Source of the DNA: Acidimicrobiia bacterium
GTDB taxonomy: Bacteria > Actinomycetota > Acidimicrobiia > Spongiisociales > UBA11373
Length of the DNA: 64,000 nucleotides
NCBI GenBank assembly: GCA_040902765.1
Contig: JBBDWO010000025.1
Coordinates: 14,132 to 78,131 of the forward strand
Direction: 5' to 3'
The notes beneath the pieces are model-generated. The model was not told where the DNA came from. It ran no database searches and saw only the letters and a program-made list of their open reading frames with translations. Positions 20,126-31,321 of the stretch are shown here, one piece after another. Each line of letters starts with the position of its first letter. The first letter of the stretch is position 1. A program made the position numbers and the translations under genes.

Positions 20126-21658
20126 TTGAGGTATCCAACTGCAATGACCGACGAGACCGTGACCGCGCCCGGAGACGAATCCGAAGCGCCCGAGGAGACC
20201 GCCCCTGAGGCGGCTCAGCCCGAAGCGACCATCGACGAGGCGACTGAAGCCGCCGAGAAGGTCGACATCGAAGAACCCGCCGAGGCACCGACACCGGCTG
20301 CAGCCCATGCCGGCGAGGCGGCTGCCCCCACCAGCGACCGCCTCAAGGTGGCCGATCTGGCCGCCGCCATGGCCGAACTGGGGGAGCTCGGGGATGACCT
20401 GTCCGAAGAGGCCTTTGCCGACGCCGTCGAGCGGACGGTCGTCGAGTTTTCCGAGGGCAGCCTGATCAGCGGCACCGTGGTTCGCATCGATCCGGACGAA
20501 GTCATGGTCGACATCGGGTTCAAGTCTGAGGGTGTCATCCCGGTCAAGGAACTGTCCATCCGCAACACGGTCAACCCCAACGACATCGTGTCGGTGGGCG
20601 ATCCGATCGAGGCGATGGTTCTCCAGATGGAGGACTCCGAGGGCCGGCTGATCCTGTCCAAGAAGCGCGCCCAGTACGAGCGCGCTTGGGGGCAGATCGA
20701 ACAGATCATGGAGTCGAAGGGAACCGTCACCGGCACGGTCATCGAGGTCGTCAAGGGCGGTCTCATCGTCGACATCGGGCTGCGCGGGTTCCTCCCCGCA
20801 TCCCTGGTGGAGCTGCGCCGGGTGCGTGACCTGCACCCCTACATCGGCCAGCCCCTCGAGGCGAAGGTGATCGAACTCGACAAGAGCCGCAACAACGTGG
20901 TGTTGTCCCGGCGCGCCTACCTGGAGGAGGAGCAGGCCGAACAGCGCCAGGCCTTCCTCGACGAGCTCAAGGAGGGCGAGATCCGCGAGGGCGTCGTGTC
21001 CTCGGTGGTGAACTTCGGAGCCTTCGTCGATCTCGGTGGCATGGATGGTCTGGTGCACGTCTCCGAGCTGTCGTGGCAGCACGTCAGCCACCCCTCCGAG
21101 ATGGTGTCGGTGGGGGACAAGGTGACCGTCAAGGTGCTCGAAGTCGACCTCGACCGGGAGCGGATCTCGCTGTCGGTCCGACAGACGAAGGACGACCCAT
21201 GGGCGACCTTCGGTGAGGCGCACCACGTCGGCGACGTGGTCGACGGCACGGTCACCAAGACGGTCCCGTTCGGCGCCTTCGTTTCCGTGGCCGACGGTGT
21301 CGAGGGGCTGGTGCATGTCTCCGAGATCGCCATGCACCATGTCGACAGCCCGGAGCTCGAGCTCTCCGTCGACCAAGCGGTACAGGTGAAGATCACCGAG
21401 ATCGACCCGGAGCGTCGCCGCATCAGTCTGTCGATCAAGCAGGCCATGCCCGAGTGGGAGAGTCGCAGCCAGTGGCAGGACGACGCCGACACCGGCGGTA
21501 GCCCGGAGCGCGGCGGCGCCAAGCGCAAGAAGTTGGATACCTTCGAAGCGGAGGACACCGAGAGCGACAGCGAGCCCGAACCGAGCAGCTTCAGCGCCGA
21601 CGCCTCCCTGGAGGCGATCCTCGAAGAGCTCAAGCAGCGGGGTATCGGCCGCAAGTAG
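20126..21658 (+). CDS. rpsA: 30S ribosomal protein S1
   Basis: Four consecutive S1 domains (G.V..I...G..VD.G pattern repeated) with an acidic N-terminal extension typical of actinobacterial RpsA. Confidence 0.9.
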   Translation: MRYPTAMTDETVTAPGDESEAPEETAPEAAQPEATIDEATEAAEKVDIEEPAEAPTPAAAHAGEAAAPTSDRLKVADLAAAMAELGELGDDLSEEAFADAVERTVVEFSEGSLISGTVVRIDPDEVMVDIGFKSEGVIPVKELSIRNTVNPNDIVSVGDPIEAMVLQMEDSEGRLILSKKRAQYERAWGQIEQIMESKGTVTGTVIEVVKGGLIVDIGLRGFLPASLVELRRVRDLHPYIGQPLEAKVIELDKSRNNVVLSRRAYLEEEQAEQRQAFLDELKEGEIREGVVSSVVNFGAFVDLGGMDGLVHVSELSWQHVSHPSEMVSVGDKVTVKVLEVDLDRERISLSVRQTKDDPWATFGEAHHVGDVVDGTVTKTVPFGAFVSVADGVEGLVHVSEIAMHHVDSPELELSVDQAVQVKITEIDPERRRISLSIKQAMPEWESRSQWQDDADTGGSPERGGAKRKKLDTFEAEDTESDSEPEPSSFSADASLEAILEELKQRGIGRK

Positions 21659-21730
21659 GGGAGGCGCGATTCGCAATTCGCGATTCGCAATTCGCAAGCC
21701 CGCGGTTCGCGACGCGTAACGTCTGACGCG

Positions 21731-22306
21731 ATGGCTGATGTGTTCATCATCACGGGTGGGATCGGGAGCGGGAAGAGCGCCGCGGCCCGGGTCTTTCGCG
21801 ACTTGGGAGCCGAGGTGATCTCGGCCGACGATGAGGGGCACGCCGTTCTGGCTTCTGATGGGGAGGCGTTTGCTGCGGTCAGCGAGCGGTGGCCGGGCGT
21901 GGTGAACGGCGGGACGATCGATCGGTCGGCTCTCGCCACCATCGTCTTCGCCGACCCGGTCGAGCTCGCCGCCCTGGAAGCGCTGACCCACCCGGCGATT
22001 CGGTCGCGGATCCTCTCCGCCATCGCTGCGTCCGACGCCGGATTCGTTGCGGTCGAGACGCCCATCCCGGCGTTCCTCCCCGCCGACTGGCCCCGTGTGG
22101 TCGTCGATGCTCCCTACGGGCTCAGAGTGGACCGGCTGCTCGGGAGGGGGATGGGTCCCGGCGACATCAAGGCCCGCATGGCGGCACAACCATCGCGTGG
22201 CGAGTGGCTTGCCCTCGCCGACCTGGTCGTCGACAACTCGGGCGACCTGACCACCCTGGCACACGAGTGCCATCTCGTCTGGAACGAGCTTCTGTCTGGA
22301 GCCTGA
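21731..22306 (+). CDS. coaE: dephospho-CoA kinase
   Basis: Walker A GGIGSGKS at the N-terminus and a 191-aa length typical of CoaE. The rpsA-coaE-uvrB synteny is common in Actinobacteria. Confidence 0.85.
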   Translation: MADVFIITGGIGSGKSAAARVFRDLGAEVISADDEGHAVLASDGEAFAAVSERWPGVVNGGTIDRSALATIVFADPVELAALEALTHPAIRSRILSAIAASDAGFVAVETPIPAFLPADWPRVVVDAPYGLRVDRLLGRGMGPGDIKARMAAQPSRGEWLALADLVVDNSGDLTTLAHECHLVWNELLSGA

Positions 22307-22339
22307 TCCGGAATCTGATCCTGACGGTATCGTCCTCCC

Positions 22340-24352
22340 GTGCGCCCCTTTCGCGTTCAGTCCGACTATCGACCGGCGGGTGACCAGCCGCGCGCCGTCG
22401 CCGAGCTCGCCGCAGGCATCGAGGCCGGGGAGCGGTTTCAGACGCTGCTCGGGATCACCGGCTCCGGGAAATCGGCGACGATCGCCTGGCTGATCGAGGC
22501 GGTGCAGCGGCCCGCCCTCATCCTGGCGCCCAACAAGGCACTCGGCGCTCAGCTGGCGAACGAGTTCCGGCAGTTCTTCCCCGAGAACCGCGTCGAGTAC
22601 TTCGTGTCGTATTACGACTACTACCAACCCGAGGCGTACCTACCGCAGAGCGACACCTACATAGAGAAGGACTCATCGGTCAACGACGAGATCGACCGAC
22701 TGCGACACTCGGCGACTGCCGCCCTGCTCACCCGACGAGACGTGGTCATCGTCGCCTCGGTGTCGGCGATCTATGGGCTGGGGTCGCCAGAACAGTACGA
22801 GGGTCACCTGCTCCGGCTGGTGAGGGGGGTGGAATACCCGATGGCGGACGCCGTGCGGCGGCTGGTCGGCATGCAGTACGAGCGCAACGAGATCAACCTC
22901 GCCCGCGGTCGCTTCCGGGTTCGCGGCGACACGCTGGAGATCCACCCCGCCAACGAGGAGGTCATCACCCGCGTCGAGTTCTTCGGGGACGAGGTCGAAC
23001 GCATCATGATGATGAACCCGGTCACCGGGGAGGTGGTCGAGGAGGCCAGCGAGGCCTGGGTGTATCCGGCCACCCATTACTCGACCACCCGGGACGCCTT
23101 GGACCGATCGATGGTCGCCATAGAGGAGGAGCTGGCAGACCGGTTGCGGTGGTTCGAACGACACGACAAGCTGCTCGAAGCGCAGCGGTTGCGCATGCGG
23201 ACCCATTACGACCTGGAGATGCTGCGCGAGCTCGGCTACTGCAACGGCATCGAGAACTATTCGCGCCATCTGGACGGCAGGGCTCCCGGCCAGGCGCCGT
23301 ACACCCTGCTCGACTACTTCCCCGACGACTTCCTCATGATTCTCGATGAGAGCCACGTCAGCATCCCTCAGCTACACGGCCAGTACGCCGGTGACCGCAG
23401 CCGCAAAGAGGTGCTCGTCGAGCACGGCTTCCGGCTCCCCTCCGCCATGGACAACCGACCGCTCGAGTTCAACGAGTGGCTGGAGCGGGTCGGTCAGGTC
23501 GTGTTCCTGTCGGCGACGCCCGGACCATGGGAACTCCAGCACTCGACGCGCATCGTCGAGCAGATCATCCGACCCACCGGGCTCGTTGACCCGGAAGTGA
23601 TCGTGCGCCCCACCAAGGGACAGATCGACGACCTCATGGGGGAGATCAACGCTTGCGTCGCCCAGGATCAGAGGGTCCTGGTGACGACGCTGACCAAGAA
23701 GATGGCCGAAGACCTGTCCGAGTACTTCTTGGAGATCGGAGTCAATGCCCGCTATCTGCACTCCGACATCGACACGCTCGAACGGGTGCAGATCCTGCGC
23801 GACCTGCGTCTGGGGGAGTTCGACGTCCTCATCGGTATCAACCTGTTGCGCGAGGGCCTCGACCTGCCGGAGGTGGGGATGGTGGCCATCCTCGACGCCG
23901 ACAAGGAGGGCTTCCTGAGGTCGGAGACCTCGCTCATCCAGACGATCGGGCGAGCGGCGCGCAACGTGGACGGTCAGGTCATCATGTACGCCGACTCGGT
24001 GACCGGCTCGATGCGCCGCGCCCTGGACGAGACCAACCGCCGGCGCGCCGTCCAGCAGGCGTACAACGAGGAGCACGGCATCGACCCGCAGACGATCCGC
24101 AAGAAGGTGTCGGACATCCTCGAGCTGGTGCAGAGTCGCGACGCCCCGTCGGTGGACCGCCGCCGCCGGGAGGTCGAGACCCGCGCCGCGCTCGACCTCC
24201 CGGTCGATGACCTCGACCGTCTCATCCGGAGTCTCGAGGAGGAGATGAAGGAGGCGGCCTCGGAGCTTCGGTTCGAGTACGCCGCTCGGCTGCGCGACGA
24301 GGTAAACGATCTGAAGCGGGAGTTGAAGGAGATGGCGGAGGCGGCACGATAG
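22340..24352 (+). CDS. uvrB: excinuclease ABC subunit B
   Basis: GITGSGKS Walker A, helicase motifs, the [10 protein letters not shown] beta-hairpin region, and a C-terminal UvrB/UvrC interaction domain. Confidence 0.95.
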   Translation: MRPFRVQSDYRPAGDQPRAVAELAAGIEAGERFQTLLGITGSGKSATIAWLIEAVQRPALILAPNKALGAQLANEFRQFFPENRVEYFVSYYDYYQPEAYLPQSDTYIEKDSSVNDEIDRLRHSATAALLTRRDVVIVASVSAIYGLGSPEQYEGHLLRLVRGVEYPMADAVRRLVGMQYERNEINLARGRFRVRGDTLEIHPANEEVITRVEFFGDEVERIMMMNPVTGEVVEEASEAWVYPATHYSTTRDALDRSMVAIEEELADRLRWFERHDKLLEAQRLRMRTHYDLEMLRELGYCNGIENYSRHLDGRAPGQAPYTLLDYFPDDFLMILDESHVSIPQLHGQYAGDRSRKEVLVEHGFRLPSAMDNRPLEFNEWLERVGQVVFLSATPGPWELQHSTRIVEQIIRPTGLVDPEVIVRPTKGQIDDLMGEINACVAQDQRVLVTTLTKKMAEDLSEYFLEIGVNARYLHSDIDTLERVQILRDLRLGEFDVLIGINLLREGLDLPEVGMVAILDADKEGFLRSETSLIQTIGRAARNVDGQVIMYADSVTGSMRRALDETNRRRAVQQAYNEEHGIDPQTIRKKVSDILELVQSRDAPSVDRRRREVETRAALDLPVDDLDRLIRSLEEEMKEAASELRFEYAARLRDEVNDLKRELKEMAEAAR

Positions 24353-24415
24353 GCGTGCCGCCGTTACCAGTTACCGGTTACCAGTTACCGGTTACCCGTT
24401 GCCTGTGTCCGCGGT

Positions 24416-24440
24416 AAGCGGCACGCGTGGCATGCCGCTT
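24416..24440 (+). terminator. hairpin downstream of uvrB
   Basis: Inverted repeat AAGCGGCA-cgcgtggca-TGCCGCTT, embedded between GTTRCCN heptad repeats. Confidence 0.4.
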
Positions 24441-24498
24441 GTTGCCGGTTGCCAGTTGCCCGTGCCCGCGACGCCCCGGCATGCCGTAGACTCGGCGC

Positions 24499-24726
24499 AT
24501 GTTCAGACAGATCGGTGCTGGTGAGATCCTCTTGATCCTTGCCGTGCTCATCCTCTTGTTCGGTGCCAAGAAGCTCCCCGAGCTGGCGCGTTCGCTCGGC
24601 AAGTCGGCCCGTGAGCTCCGCAAGGGCATGGAAGACGACACCGACGAAGAAGACGACGACGAGGAAGACGACGACAAGCCCGCCGCCACCGGCATTGCCA
24701 ACGACGACACCACCGATCTGACCTGA
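24499..24726 (+). CDS. tatA: twin-arginine translocase subunit TatA/E
   Basis: N-terminal TM helix plus amphipathic helix (GAGEILLILAVLILLFGAKKLPELARSLGKS), followed by an acidic tail. Confidence 0.85.
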   Translation: MFRQIGAGEILLILAVLILLFGAKKLPELARSLGKSARELRKGMEDDTDEEDDDEEDDDKPAATGIANDDTTDLT

Positions 24727-24844
24727 CCCCAGCGAGTCCTCTCTGGCTGGCAGCCGGCAGCCGGTAGCTACCTAATCCCACCGGTGGAATTCGCGACACC
24801 CCCTGTCGGTATCATGCCGGTCACCATCATGGAGGACGCTGGCC

Positions 24845-27670
24845 GTGTCGTCGGACTCGATCGTCATCCGGGGCGCGCGCGAGCACAACCTCAAGGACGT
24901 CTCGCTCGACCTACCCCGGGAAAAGTTGATCGTCTTCACCGGGCTATCCGGTTCGGGGAAGTCGTCCCTCGCTTTCGACACCATTTACGCCGAAGGGCAG
25001 CGTCGCTACGTCGAGAGCCTCTCGGCCTATGCCCGCCAGTTCCTCGGCCAGATGGAGAAGCCCAACGTCGAGTTCATCGAGGGATTGTCGCCGGCGATCT
25101 CGATCGACCAGAAGACATCGAGCCGTAATCCGCGGTCGACGGTGGGAACCGTCACCGAGATCCACGACTACCTCCGCCTCCTCTTCGCCCGCATCGGCGT
25201 GCCTCACTGCCCGAAGTGCGGGCGTCGCGTCGCCAGGCAGACCCCGCAGCAGATCGTCGACCAGATCCTGCTCCTCGACGAGGACACCCGGTTCCAGGTG
25301 CTCGCCCCGATCGTCCGCGGCCGCAAGGGGGAGTTCGAGCAGATGCTCAAGGAGCTCGGCAAGGAGGGTTTCAGCCGGGTCCGGATCGATGGTGAGGTGC
25401 GTGATCTGACCGAAGACATCAAGCTCGACCGGTACTACCAGCACAGCATCGAAGTGGTGGTCGACCGGCTGGTGCGCCGCGACGGCATCACCCGCAGGCT
25501 GACCGACTCGCTTGAAACGGCCCTCCGACTCGCCGGGGGCATGGCGGTGGTCGACATCGTCGACGGCCCGACCATCACGTTCAGTCAGCACCTCGCCTGC
25601 GACGACTGCGGGCTGTCGTTCGAGGAGCTCCAGCCCCGGAACTTCTCGTTCAACAGCCCCTACGGGGCCTGCCCGACCTGCAACGGCCTCGGCACCCGCT
25701 TCCAGGTCGACTGGAGGCTGGCCGTGCCCGACGACGAGCGGTCGCTGGCGGGCGGCGCCATCGTCCCGTGGGCGGGGCGCCACCGATCGTCGTACTACCA
25801 GCGGGTTCTCGAAGGGGTCGCCCGCGAGGTGGGCTTCTCGATGGACACGCCCTTCAAGAGGCTGACCAAGAAGGCGCTGACCGCAGTACTCGAAGGGTTC
25901 GGCGACGAGCAGGTCACCGTGTCCTACACCAATCGCTTCGGCCGGGAGCGCAAATACCAGACCGGCTACGAGGGCCTGATCCCATGGCTGCGCCGTCGCC
26001 ACGAGAGCGCCGAGACCGACAGCGCCCGCGAGAGCTACGAGCAGTTCATGCGGCTCGTGCCCTGCGACGACTGCGGCGGGGGCCGCCTCAATCCGGTTTC
26101 GCTCGCCGTCACCGTGGGAGATCGGTCGATCCACGATCTCTCGATCCTGCCGCTGCGAGACGCTCGTACGGTCATCGAGGGGCTCGAGCTGGACGATCGG
26201 GACCAGGCCATCGCCGAGGCGGTCGTGAAGGAGGTGCTGGCGCGGCTCCAGTTCCTCCTCGACGTGGGGTTGGAATACCTGACGCTGGCGCGCGGTGCGG
26301 CGACCCTCGCCGGTGGCGAGGCCCAACGAATCCGCCTCGCCACCCAGATCGGTTCCGGTCTCGTCGGTGTTCTCTACATCCTCGACGAGCCCTCGATCGG
26401 GCTCCATCAGCGCGACAACCATCGCCTCATCGAGACGCTGATCAGGCTGCGCGACCTGGGCAACACGGTCATCGTGGTCGAGCACGACGAGCAGACCATG
26501 CGCACCGCCGACCACATCGTGGACATCGGCCCCGGCGCCGGTGAGCACGGCGGCCGGATCGTCGCCGAGGGTTCCGTCGACGACATCGTCGCCGAACCGT
26601 CCTCGATCACCGGCGACTATCTCGCCGGTCGCCGGCAGATCACCACGCCGGAGCGGCGCCGCCAGCCGGACGGGAGGGTGCTGCGCATCGTCGGGGCCGC
26701 CGAGAACAACCTCGCCGACATCGACGTCGACATCCCCCTCGGAGTGTTCGTCGCCGTGACCGGCGTGTCCGGGAGCGGCAAGTCGTCCCTGGTGAGCGAG
26801 GTCCTGGCCAAGGCGCTGCGCGCCAGTCTGTATGGATCCCGGGACCTGCCCGGGATCCATCGTCGGGTCGAGGGCCTGGAGCACATCGACAAGGCGATCG
26901 ACATCGATCAGTCGCCGATCGGGCGTACCCCACGCTCCAACCCTGCCACCTACACGAAGGTGTTCGACCGGATCCGAGCCCTGTTCGCTTCCGTTCCCGA
27001 GGCCAAGGCTCGCGGCTACCAACCGGGGCGGTTCTCGTTCAACGTGGCCGGCGGTCGGTGCGCCGCGTGCAGCGGCGACGGAACGATTCGTATCGAGATG
27101 CACTTCCTCCCCGACGTGTACATCGCCTGCGACGCCTGCAAGGGACGGCGGTACAACCGGGAGACCCTCGAGGTCCTGTGGAAGGGGCACTCGATCGCCG
27201 ACGTGCTCGACATGTCCATCGAGGAGGCGCTCACCTTCTTCGAGCATCAGCCGCCCATAGCGCGGGTGATGCAGACCCTGTACGACGTCGGGCTCGGCTA
27301 CGTCCGCCTCGGCCAGTCGGCACCGACCCTGTCGGGCGGCGAGGCACAGCGGGTCAAGCTCGCCAGCGAGTTGGGCAAGCGTTCCACCGGCCGCACCTTC
27401 TACATCCTCGACGAGCCGACCACCGGCCTGCACTTCGAGGACGTGCGCAAACTGCTCGGGGTGCTCCAGCGGCTGGTAGACAGCGGGAACACGGTCCTGG
27501 TCATCGAGCACAACCTCGATGTGATCAAGTCGGCGGATTGGATCATCGACCTGGGACCCGAAGGCGGCGGTGAGGGCGGTCGACTGGTCGCCGAGGGCTC
27601 TCCGGAGACCGTCGCCCGCGTCTCCGGGTCGTACACGGGCAAGTTCCTGAGTGAGGTGTTGGCGGGATGA
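24845..27670 (+). CDS. uvrA: excinuclease ABC subunit A
   Basis: 941 aa with two ABC ATPase modules ([18 protein letters not shown]), zinc-finger Cys clusters and a GTG start. Confidence 0.95.
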   Translation: MSSDSIVIRGAREHNLKDVSLDLPREKLIVFTGLSGSGKSSLAFDTIYAEGQRRYVESLSAYARQFLGQMEKPNVEFIEGLSPAISIDQKTSSRNPRSTVGTVTEIHDYLRLLFARIGVPHCPKCGRRVARQTPQQIVDQILLLDEDTRFQVLAPIVRGRKGEFEQMLKELGKEGFSRVRIDGEVRDLTEDIKLDRYYQHSIEVVVDRLVRRDGITRRLTDSLETALRLAGGMAVVDIVDGPTITFSQHLACDDCGLSFEELQPRNFSFNSPYGACPTCNGLGTRFQVDWRLAVPDDERSLAGGAIVPWAGRHRSSYYQRVLEGVAREVGFSMDTPFKRLTKKALTAVLEGFGDEQVTVSYTNRFGRERKYQTGYEGLIPWLRRRHESAETDSARESYEQFMRLVPCDDCGGGRLNPVSLAVTVGDRSIHDLSILPLRDARTVIEGLELDDRDQAIAEAVVKEVLARLQFLLDVGLEYLTLARGAATLAGGEAQRIRLATQIGSGLVGVLYILDEPSIGLHQRDNHRLIETLIRLRDLGNTVIVVEHDEQTMRTADHIVDIGPGAGEHGGRIVAEGSVDDIVAEPSSITGDYLAGRRQITTPERRRQPDGRVLRIVGAAENNLADIDVDIPLGVFVAVTGVSGSGKSSLVSEVLAKALRASLYGSRDLPGIHRRVEGLEHIDKAIDIDQSPIGRTPRSNPATYTKVFDRIRALFASVPEAKARGYQPGRFSFNVAGGRCAACSGDGTIRIEMHFLPDVYIACDACKGRRYNRETLEVLWKGHSIADVLDMSIEEALTFFEHQPPIARVMQTLYDVGLGYVRLGQSAPTLSGGEAQRVKLASELGKRSTGRTFYILDEPTTGLHFEDVRKLLGVLQRLVDSGNTVLVIEHNLDVIKSADWIIDLGPEGGGEGGRLVAEGSPETVARVSGSYTGKFLSEVLAG

Positions 27671-28368
27671 CGGGGTGGTCGGGGGACCTCGCCGACTGGT
27701 GGATCGGCGAGTCGGCCTCCGACCCTGTCTACCGCACACAGGTGCTGCCGCTGGCGCTGGCGCTGCTCGACCCGCGGCCCGGAGAGCGGTACCTGGACCT
27801 TGGTTGCGGCGAAGGCCCGCTGCTCCGTGAGCTGGCTGGCGTCGGTGCTACGGCCATCGGAATGGATGCCTCGGTGGCCCTGGCGCGCCGGGCTGCCGAC
27901 CACTCGCCGACGGTGGTGGGACTCATGCCGGAGCTGGGATTCATCCGAGACCGCGCCGTGGACGGAGTGGCCATCGTCCTCGTCCTCGAGCACGTCGAGG
28001 ACGCAGGTCGCCTGTTGGCCGAAGCACACCGGGTGACCCGACCCGGGGGAGCGCTCGTCCTCGTGGTGAACCACCCCCTGCTCACCGCGCCCGGGTCGGG
28101 ACCCTTCCTGGATCCGGACGACGGCGAGGTGCTCTGGCGCTGGGGCTCCTATCTCAGCGGAACCCACACCGACGAACCGGCGGGCGATGGCACCGTCCGA
28201 TTCCACCATCGGTCGTTGTCGGAGTTGATGAGCGCGGCCGCCAGCGCTGGCTGGGCGCTGCAGAGGATGACGGAGGTGGGCTACGACCCGCACGGTGCGG
28301 ACCCTCTCTTCGCCGTGCAGTCAGAGGTGCCACGCCTGCTCGGCGCCAGGTGGGTGCGGCCCGGCTGA
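27667..28368 (+). CDS. class I SAM-dependent methyltransferase
   Basis: Motif [11 protein letters not shown] and a Rossmann-like layout. The start overlaps the uvrA stop (ATGA). Confidence 0.7.
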   Translation: MTGWSGDLADWWIGESASDPVYRTQVLPLALALLDPRPGERYLDLGCGEGPLLRELAGVGATAIGMDASVALARRAADHSPTVVGLMPELGFIRDRAVDGVAIVLVLEHVEDAGRLLAEAHRVTRPGGALVLVVNHPLLTAPGSGPFLDPDDGEVLWRWGSYLSGTHTDEPAGDGTVRFHHRSLSELMSAAASAGWALQRMTEVGYDPHGADPLFAVQSEVPRLLGARWVRPG

Positions 28369-31184
28369 CCGTTGACAGCATCGGCGGAAGTTCCTACCGT
28401 CGCCCGATCATCACTGGGGAGTGGGACCTGATCCGACCACGACGCATCGCCGCCACCAGGGTCACCGGCGGCACGCTGGCGCTGGCTCTGGCCCTGGTCT
28501 TCGCGCTCGTCCTCCCTTCGGGGCTCACTCCTTCCGATGCATCCGGAATCACGCGTGAGCCCCTCGAACGGATCCTCGTTGGCGGGCTCGGGTTCGACAC
28601 CGACGCGGTCCCGGAGTGGGACCGCGGTCTGGTCTCGGTCGATGGAAACTGGAGCCCCTTCGGCATCGGCGGCGACGCCTCGGTTCCTCCCACGCTCGAC
28701 CTCGACGAGGTTCCGTGGACCGAGCCGATCATGCTGGGCGTCAACTACGTCCGGTGGACCGATCCGGAGATCGTGACCCTCTACCCGGATGGCTTCGAGA
28801 TCAACGGCATGCTCCTGGGTCCCGGGTCGCTCGGCGGACCCCGTGTAGACGCCACCTACCTGGTGGGCACGTTCGTCATGGGCGACGACATCCCCTTCGA
28901 CTTCGATCGGAGCTACTTCGCCCAGTTCGACCTGGTGCTCGACGTCCCGGGCCGCGAGAAGTGGCAGGCGCACGAGATGTACCCCGACGACACCTGGCAC
29001 AACGGCTCTCTCGTCATGAGTCTGCGCCTCGGTTTCGAAGACACCGCCTTCGACGTGTACTCGTTCTCCTCCGGCAGCATCATCACCGAGGAGCACAACG
29101 GGTTCGCCTTCGTCGACGGCAACGCCATCGTCATGGGCTTCGAGGTCGACGAGAACACGTTCCCGGAGGGGCGCGCCGACATCCAGGGACGGTTCGCCCT
29201 CGACGTGCGCACCGCCGGCTTCCCGCCCGAGGGGCATCGGGTGGTGACGGCGCCGTCGGTCCCGCTCGACGCCAACGGCTTCTTCCCCTACCTGGGCAGG
29301 ACCCGGGTGTTGACCCCGGGCTACCCGGGCATGCTCGACTTCACCTCGGCGCAGGTGCTCGAGGGCCCCGACGGCAACATGTGGTTCGGGCTGACGCCGA
29401 GGGAGCCATGGGACGGCGGCCCACCGTCGGACCCCTTCAGCGACTTCTTCCTCGTCGGCTTCGCCCCGCTCGACGAGAGTCCGACCATCTTTTTCGGATT
29501 CCAGACCCACGACGGCATGGACGAGACGTTCAAGGAGGAGAGCGGGTCGCGCACCGCCTCACCGGGTCTCCCTGCGATCGTCACCGACGCCGGTGACATC
29601 GTCATCGGCACCGATCTCCCGTTCCAGGGAGGGGACGGGGTCATCTATGTGCAGTCGGGCTTCCTGGTCGAGGAGTCGAGTCCCTTCCAATCGCGCACCG
29701 ACCAGTTCCGGGTCACCTCCAGCGATGTGGTCACCGGCGATCCGTATTCCTTCGGTGGGTCCATCCCGGTCTACGACCTTGCGACCGGTACCGAGATCGA
29801 ACCGCCAGCGACCACCACGACCATGGCGGTGACCACCACCGTGGTCGCCCAGGAGCCGGCGGACGGGGCCGGCGGCACCTCGTTGGTCGTGGTGGCCATC
29901 CTCATCGCCATCTTCATCCTCCTGCTCCTGTGGTGGCTGTGGTACCGGTCGCAAAGTCAGTCTGAGGACGAGAAGGACATCTACCGCTTCGGACCAACCC
30001 GGGAGAGGGGGCGCACCACCACCGGGGAAGGCGAGGACGACCCGCGCGACGCGCCGCCGCCGGTGGTGTACGGCGAGGAGATCGACGAGCACGCCGCCTG
30101 CGGATGGGGCCTCTACTTCCACGACGGCACCCGGGAGATCCCGCTGCGCGAGCCCGCCATGCACGAGCATCTGTGCTGCAAGTACGTGGTCCGGGTGACC
30201 ACCGACGTCAAGACCCATGTGCAGGCGGCGCGGGGCCGCCAGGACGCCGGGGCCGAGCGCCTCCGCATCCCCGACTTCGACTACGACTGGCGTTGGGTAG
30301 ACCTGAAGGCCAACACCTCGGCCCGCAGTGGCCCGGCGGGGAGGCTCGACTGGATGCAGGGGCTGGGCGACTCCATTGAGCAGGCCGACCTGGCCTCGGA
30401 CGACGGGTACTGGCAGCGGGCCCAGGGCGAGGAGCCCCCGGAGGTGGCCGCTCACCTGTACCACCGGGAGATCACCGACGTCGACATCACGCTCGAGCCG
30501 GGCTGCCCGGAGTACAAGAACCTCTACAGCGCGGAGGCCGGCAGCCAGCTCCACGTGCTGGCCACCCACGAGTGCACCAACGACGCCGGCGACCCGTGCC
30601 CGGTGGAGCTGAACGCCTTCGGGTTCATCGGCGGGTGGATCATGGGCCCGGGGAACCTGTTCACCGGGGTGGCCGACATGACCGGGACCGACCCCGACGA
30701 GCTGGAGCGGTCGCCCCGCGCCGGGGACGGGCAGGGCCCGGTGCCCCGGCCGCCGTGGGACGGGCACGACCATGCAGAGAGGGATCGGGGCACCTACGAG
30801 CGTTCCGAGCAAGACATCGCCAGCGACGCTCTGGAGCAGGACAACCTGCTGGTCTCGATCGAAAACGACGTCGAGATCGACGCCGGGCAGATCGTGCCCG
30901 TCGCCGTCTATCCGACGACCGAGCGGGTCACCGCCCACATCGAGGGTGACCTGAAGCACAACCTGGAGATCCAGGTCGACCTGACACCGATCAACTGCGA
31001 GGCCAACGGCTGCGGCGGGCACGGCCCGTGCAACTGTCAGGCCCAGTGGAAGATGCAGGTCAGCGGGACCGGCGGGTCATGGATCGATGCCGGCGACGGC
31101 CCCTTCGAGATCCTCCGGCAGCCCACAGGCGGCGACCGCCGCGAGCCGTTCACCGGCCGGAAGAGTTGGACGGGGAAGAGCTGA
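28350..31184 (+). CDS. large hypothetical bitopic membrane protein (944 aa). It has an N-terminal signal/anchor, an extracytoplasmic domain of about 470 aa, one TM helix, and a Cys-rich cytoplasmic domain of about 420 aa.
   Basis: Long clean ORF with an N-region RPRRIAATR followed by a hydrophobic h-region, and a mid-protein TM helix LVVVAILIAIFILLLLWWLWY followed by positive charges. The C-terminal half carries Cys clusters (HAACGWGLYFHDG, HEHLCCKY, PGCPEYKNLY, HECTNDAGDPCP, INCEANGCGGHGPCNCQ). I recognise no known family. Confidence 0.6.
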   Translation: MGAARLTVDSIGGSSYRRPIITGEWDLIRPRRIAATRVTGGTLALALALVFALVLPSGLTPSDASGITREPLERILVGGLGFDTDAVPEWDRGLVSVDGNWSPFGIGGDASVPPTLDLDEVPWTEPIMLGVNYVRWTDPEIVTLYPDGFEINGMLLGPGSLGGPRVDATYLVGTFVMGDDIPFDFDRSYFAQFDLVLDVPGREKWQAHEMYPDDTWHNGSLVMSLRLGFEDTAFDVYSFSSGSIITEEHNGFAFVDGNAIVMGFEVDENTFPEGRADIQGRFALDVRTAGFPPEGHRVVTAPSVPLDANGFFPYLGRTRVLTPGYPGMLDFTSAQVLEGPDGNMWFGLTPREPWDGGPPSDPFSDFFLVGFAPLDESPTIFFGFQTHDGMDETFKEESGSRTASPGLPAIVTDAGDIVIGTDLPFQGGDGVIYVQSGFLVEESSPFQSRTDQFRVTSSDVVTGDPYSFGGSIPVYDLATGTEIEPPATTTTMAVTTTVVAQEPADGAGGTSLVVVAILIAIFILLLLWWLWYRSQSQSEDEKDIYRFGPTRERGRTTTGEGEDDPRDAPPPVVYGEEIDEHAACGWGLYFHDGTREIPLREPAMHEHLCCKYVVRVTTDVKTHVQAARGRQDAGAERLRIPDFDYDWRWVDLKANTSARSGPAGRLDWMQGLGDSIEQADLASDDGYWQRAQGEEPPEVAAHLYHREITDVDITLEPGCPEYKNLYSAEAGSQLHVLATHECTNDAGDPCPVELNAFGFIGGWIMGPGNLFTGVADMTGTDPDELERSPRAGDGQGPVPRPPWDGHDHAERDRGTYERSEQDIASDALEQDNLLVSIENDVEIDAGQIVPVAVYPTTERVTAHIEGDLKHNLEIQVDLTPINCEANGCGGHGPCNCQAQWKMQVSGTGGSWIDAGDGPFEILRQPTGGDRREPFTGRKSWTGKS

Positions 31185-31321
31185 CCCCGCGGATCTCCGT
31201 AAGGCGTCGAGCAGTCCAAGCGCGCCTCCGGGCCCCGGTGCTCCTCTATTGCGTCCACGGCGGCCTGATGTGATGCCGCTGAGCGGCGGGCACGGCCCCG
31301 GCCGGTTCGTACACTCGTCTC

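Noticed and set aside
21661-21730. Possible CRISPR-like or riboswitch element in the rpsA-coaE spacer
   Set aside because: It contains only four 7-bp RATTCGC repeats with no spacers or conserved riboswitch architecture. It is reported as a repeat curiosity instead.
19022-22627. 1201-aa ORF on the minus strand
   Set aside because: It is antisense to polA, rpsA and coaE, which are unambiguously coding. Its Arg/Gly/Pro-rich composition is typical of high-GC antisense frames with few stop codons.
24944-27739. 931-aa minus-strand ORF
   Set aside because: It is antisense to uvrA and has low-complexity Arg/Gly-rich translation, so it is an artefact.
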